Part shown: positions 63,658 to 64,000 of the stretch, one piece after another
Numbering within the stretch: the first letter of the stretch is position 1
Layout of the letters: every line of letters starts with the position of its first letter
Origin: Burkholderiales bacterium
Lineage (GTDB): Bacteria > Pseudomonadota > Gammaproteobacteria > Burkholderiales > SG8-41
NCBI GenBank assembly: GCA_043743335.1
Contig: JAYTWR010000004.1
Span: 1,708-65,707, forward strand
Reading direction: 5' to 3'
DNA length: 64,000 nt
Notes under the pieces: model-generated
Databases searched by the model: none
Seen by the model: the letters and a program-made list of their open reading frames with translations, nothing else
What the model was told of the DNA's origin: nothing
Program-made: the position numbers and the translations under genes

Positions 63658-63676
63658 TTTAAAATCAATTAGTTAT
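63658..63676 (+). repeat. AT-rich IHF-consensus motif copy (TTTAAAATCAATTAGTTAT)
   Basis: Exact core, between convergent Bug and cytochrome c gene ends. Confidence 0.7.
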
Positions 63677-63700
63677 GGAATTTATTCCCCGACCGACGCG

Positions 63701-64000
63701 TTATTTCTCGTCGGCGATTTCTGGCAATTTGCGTAAATAGGCAATCAGGGTGGCCAAGTCGCCGGCGGTGAGGTGAGCGGTGGTGTTGCGTATGACTTCG
63801 CCCATGGCTTCTGCGGGCACGTCGCCGTCGGGCGTGGTGCCGCTGTAGAGAAAATCGGTCAGGTCTTTGTCGCCCCACTTTTTGAGTTTGACCGGCGTCA
63901 GGTTGGGGATGTCTTTACCTTCCGGGCCTTTGCCGCCGGCGAGAAAGCGGTCTTTGCGCGGGCCGCCGAGTTTGTTGCGCGGGGTGTGGCATTCGCCGCA
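63701..64000 (-). CDS. c-type cytochrome, C-terminal part (runs off right edge)
   Basis: The minus frame reads CGECHTPRNKLGGPRKDRFLAGG...EAMGEVIRNTT...LIAYLRKLPEIADEK*, with a CxxCH haem motif and a distal Met. It is not in the track because there is no in-window start. Confidence 0.7.
   Translation of the reverse strand, partial: CGECHTPRNKLGGPRKDRFLAGGKGPEGKDIPNLTPVKLKKWGDKDLTDFLYSGTTPDGDVPAEAMGEVIRNTTAHLTAGDLATLIAYLRKLPEIADEK

Noticed and set aside
141-63676. AT-rich 20-mer interpreted as ordinary sigma-70 promoters or as the ends of an IS/MITE
   Set aside because: TTGATT within the reverse motif has no consistently spaced -10 partner, and copies occur at convergent gene ends and inside ORFs. 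No paired inverted copies at a fixed distance, no target duplications and no transposase were seen. It is therefore reported as a distinct motif family.
1-64000. Defence islands, prophage, integrative elements, toxin-antitoxin pairs, tRNA/rRNA genes
   Set aside because: I looked for integrase, transposase, phage, restriction, Cas and TA-like ORFs and for tRNA-like cloverleaf sequences in the intergenic regions, and found none that I could support from the sequence.

Overview
GC-rich chromosomal segment of betaproteobacterial (Burkholderiales-like) character, judged from gene content and synteny. I saw no rRNA, tRNA, CRISPR array, integrase, transposase or prophage genes. About 55 protein genes are supportable. 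Housekeeping genes include purL, htpX, rdgC, an RhlE-like DEAD-box helicase, the msrB-yciB-bolA-ppiC block, pcp and nnr. Between them lie small catabolic modules: a UbiD-decarboxylase operon, an AcnX dehydratase pair, a TauD dioxygenase, a FAH hydrolase, two tandem PanE-like reductases with a class III CoA-transferase, and MFS transporters. There are many orphan 'Bug'/TctC-family periplasmic binding-protein genes (7 intact, 1 interrupted, 3 fragments). Signalling genes are a GGDEF cyclase, a soluble 5-PAS hybrid histidine kinase, and an OmpR-type regulator that lacks the phospho-acceptor Asp. The most unusual signals are not genes. (1) A ~20-bp AT-rich word (consensus TCAATAAAATCAATTAGTTAC) occurs at more than 20 sites and carries an exact IHF-consensus core. 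Most copies sit exactly on gene boundaries or start codons, and four are written in-frame into conserved ORFs apparently without changing their length. (2) A ~80-160-bp hairpin-forming MITE/REP-like repeat occurs in three copies, and the core of one copy is inverted relative to identical flanks. (3) Gene decay is widespread: Bug fragments, an amber-interrupted Bug gene, a truncated nnr 5' end and a hydrolase remnant. There is also a 1133-aa protein with a ~600-residue A/E/R/K helix placed before a TM segment and an AsmA-like domain. In the supplied ORF track 'M' also stands for GTG/TTG starts, so several starts were re-picked by eye. All coordinates were hand-counted and may be off by a base or two for non-CDS features.
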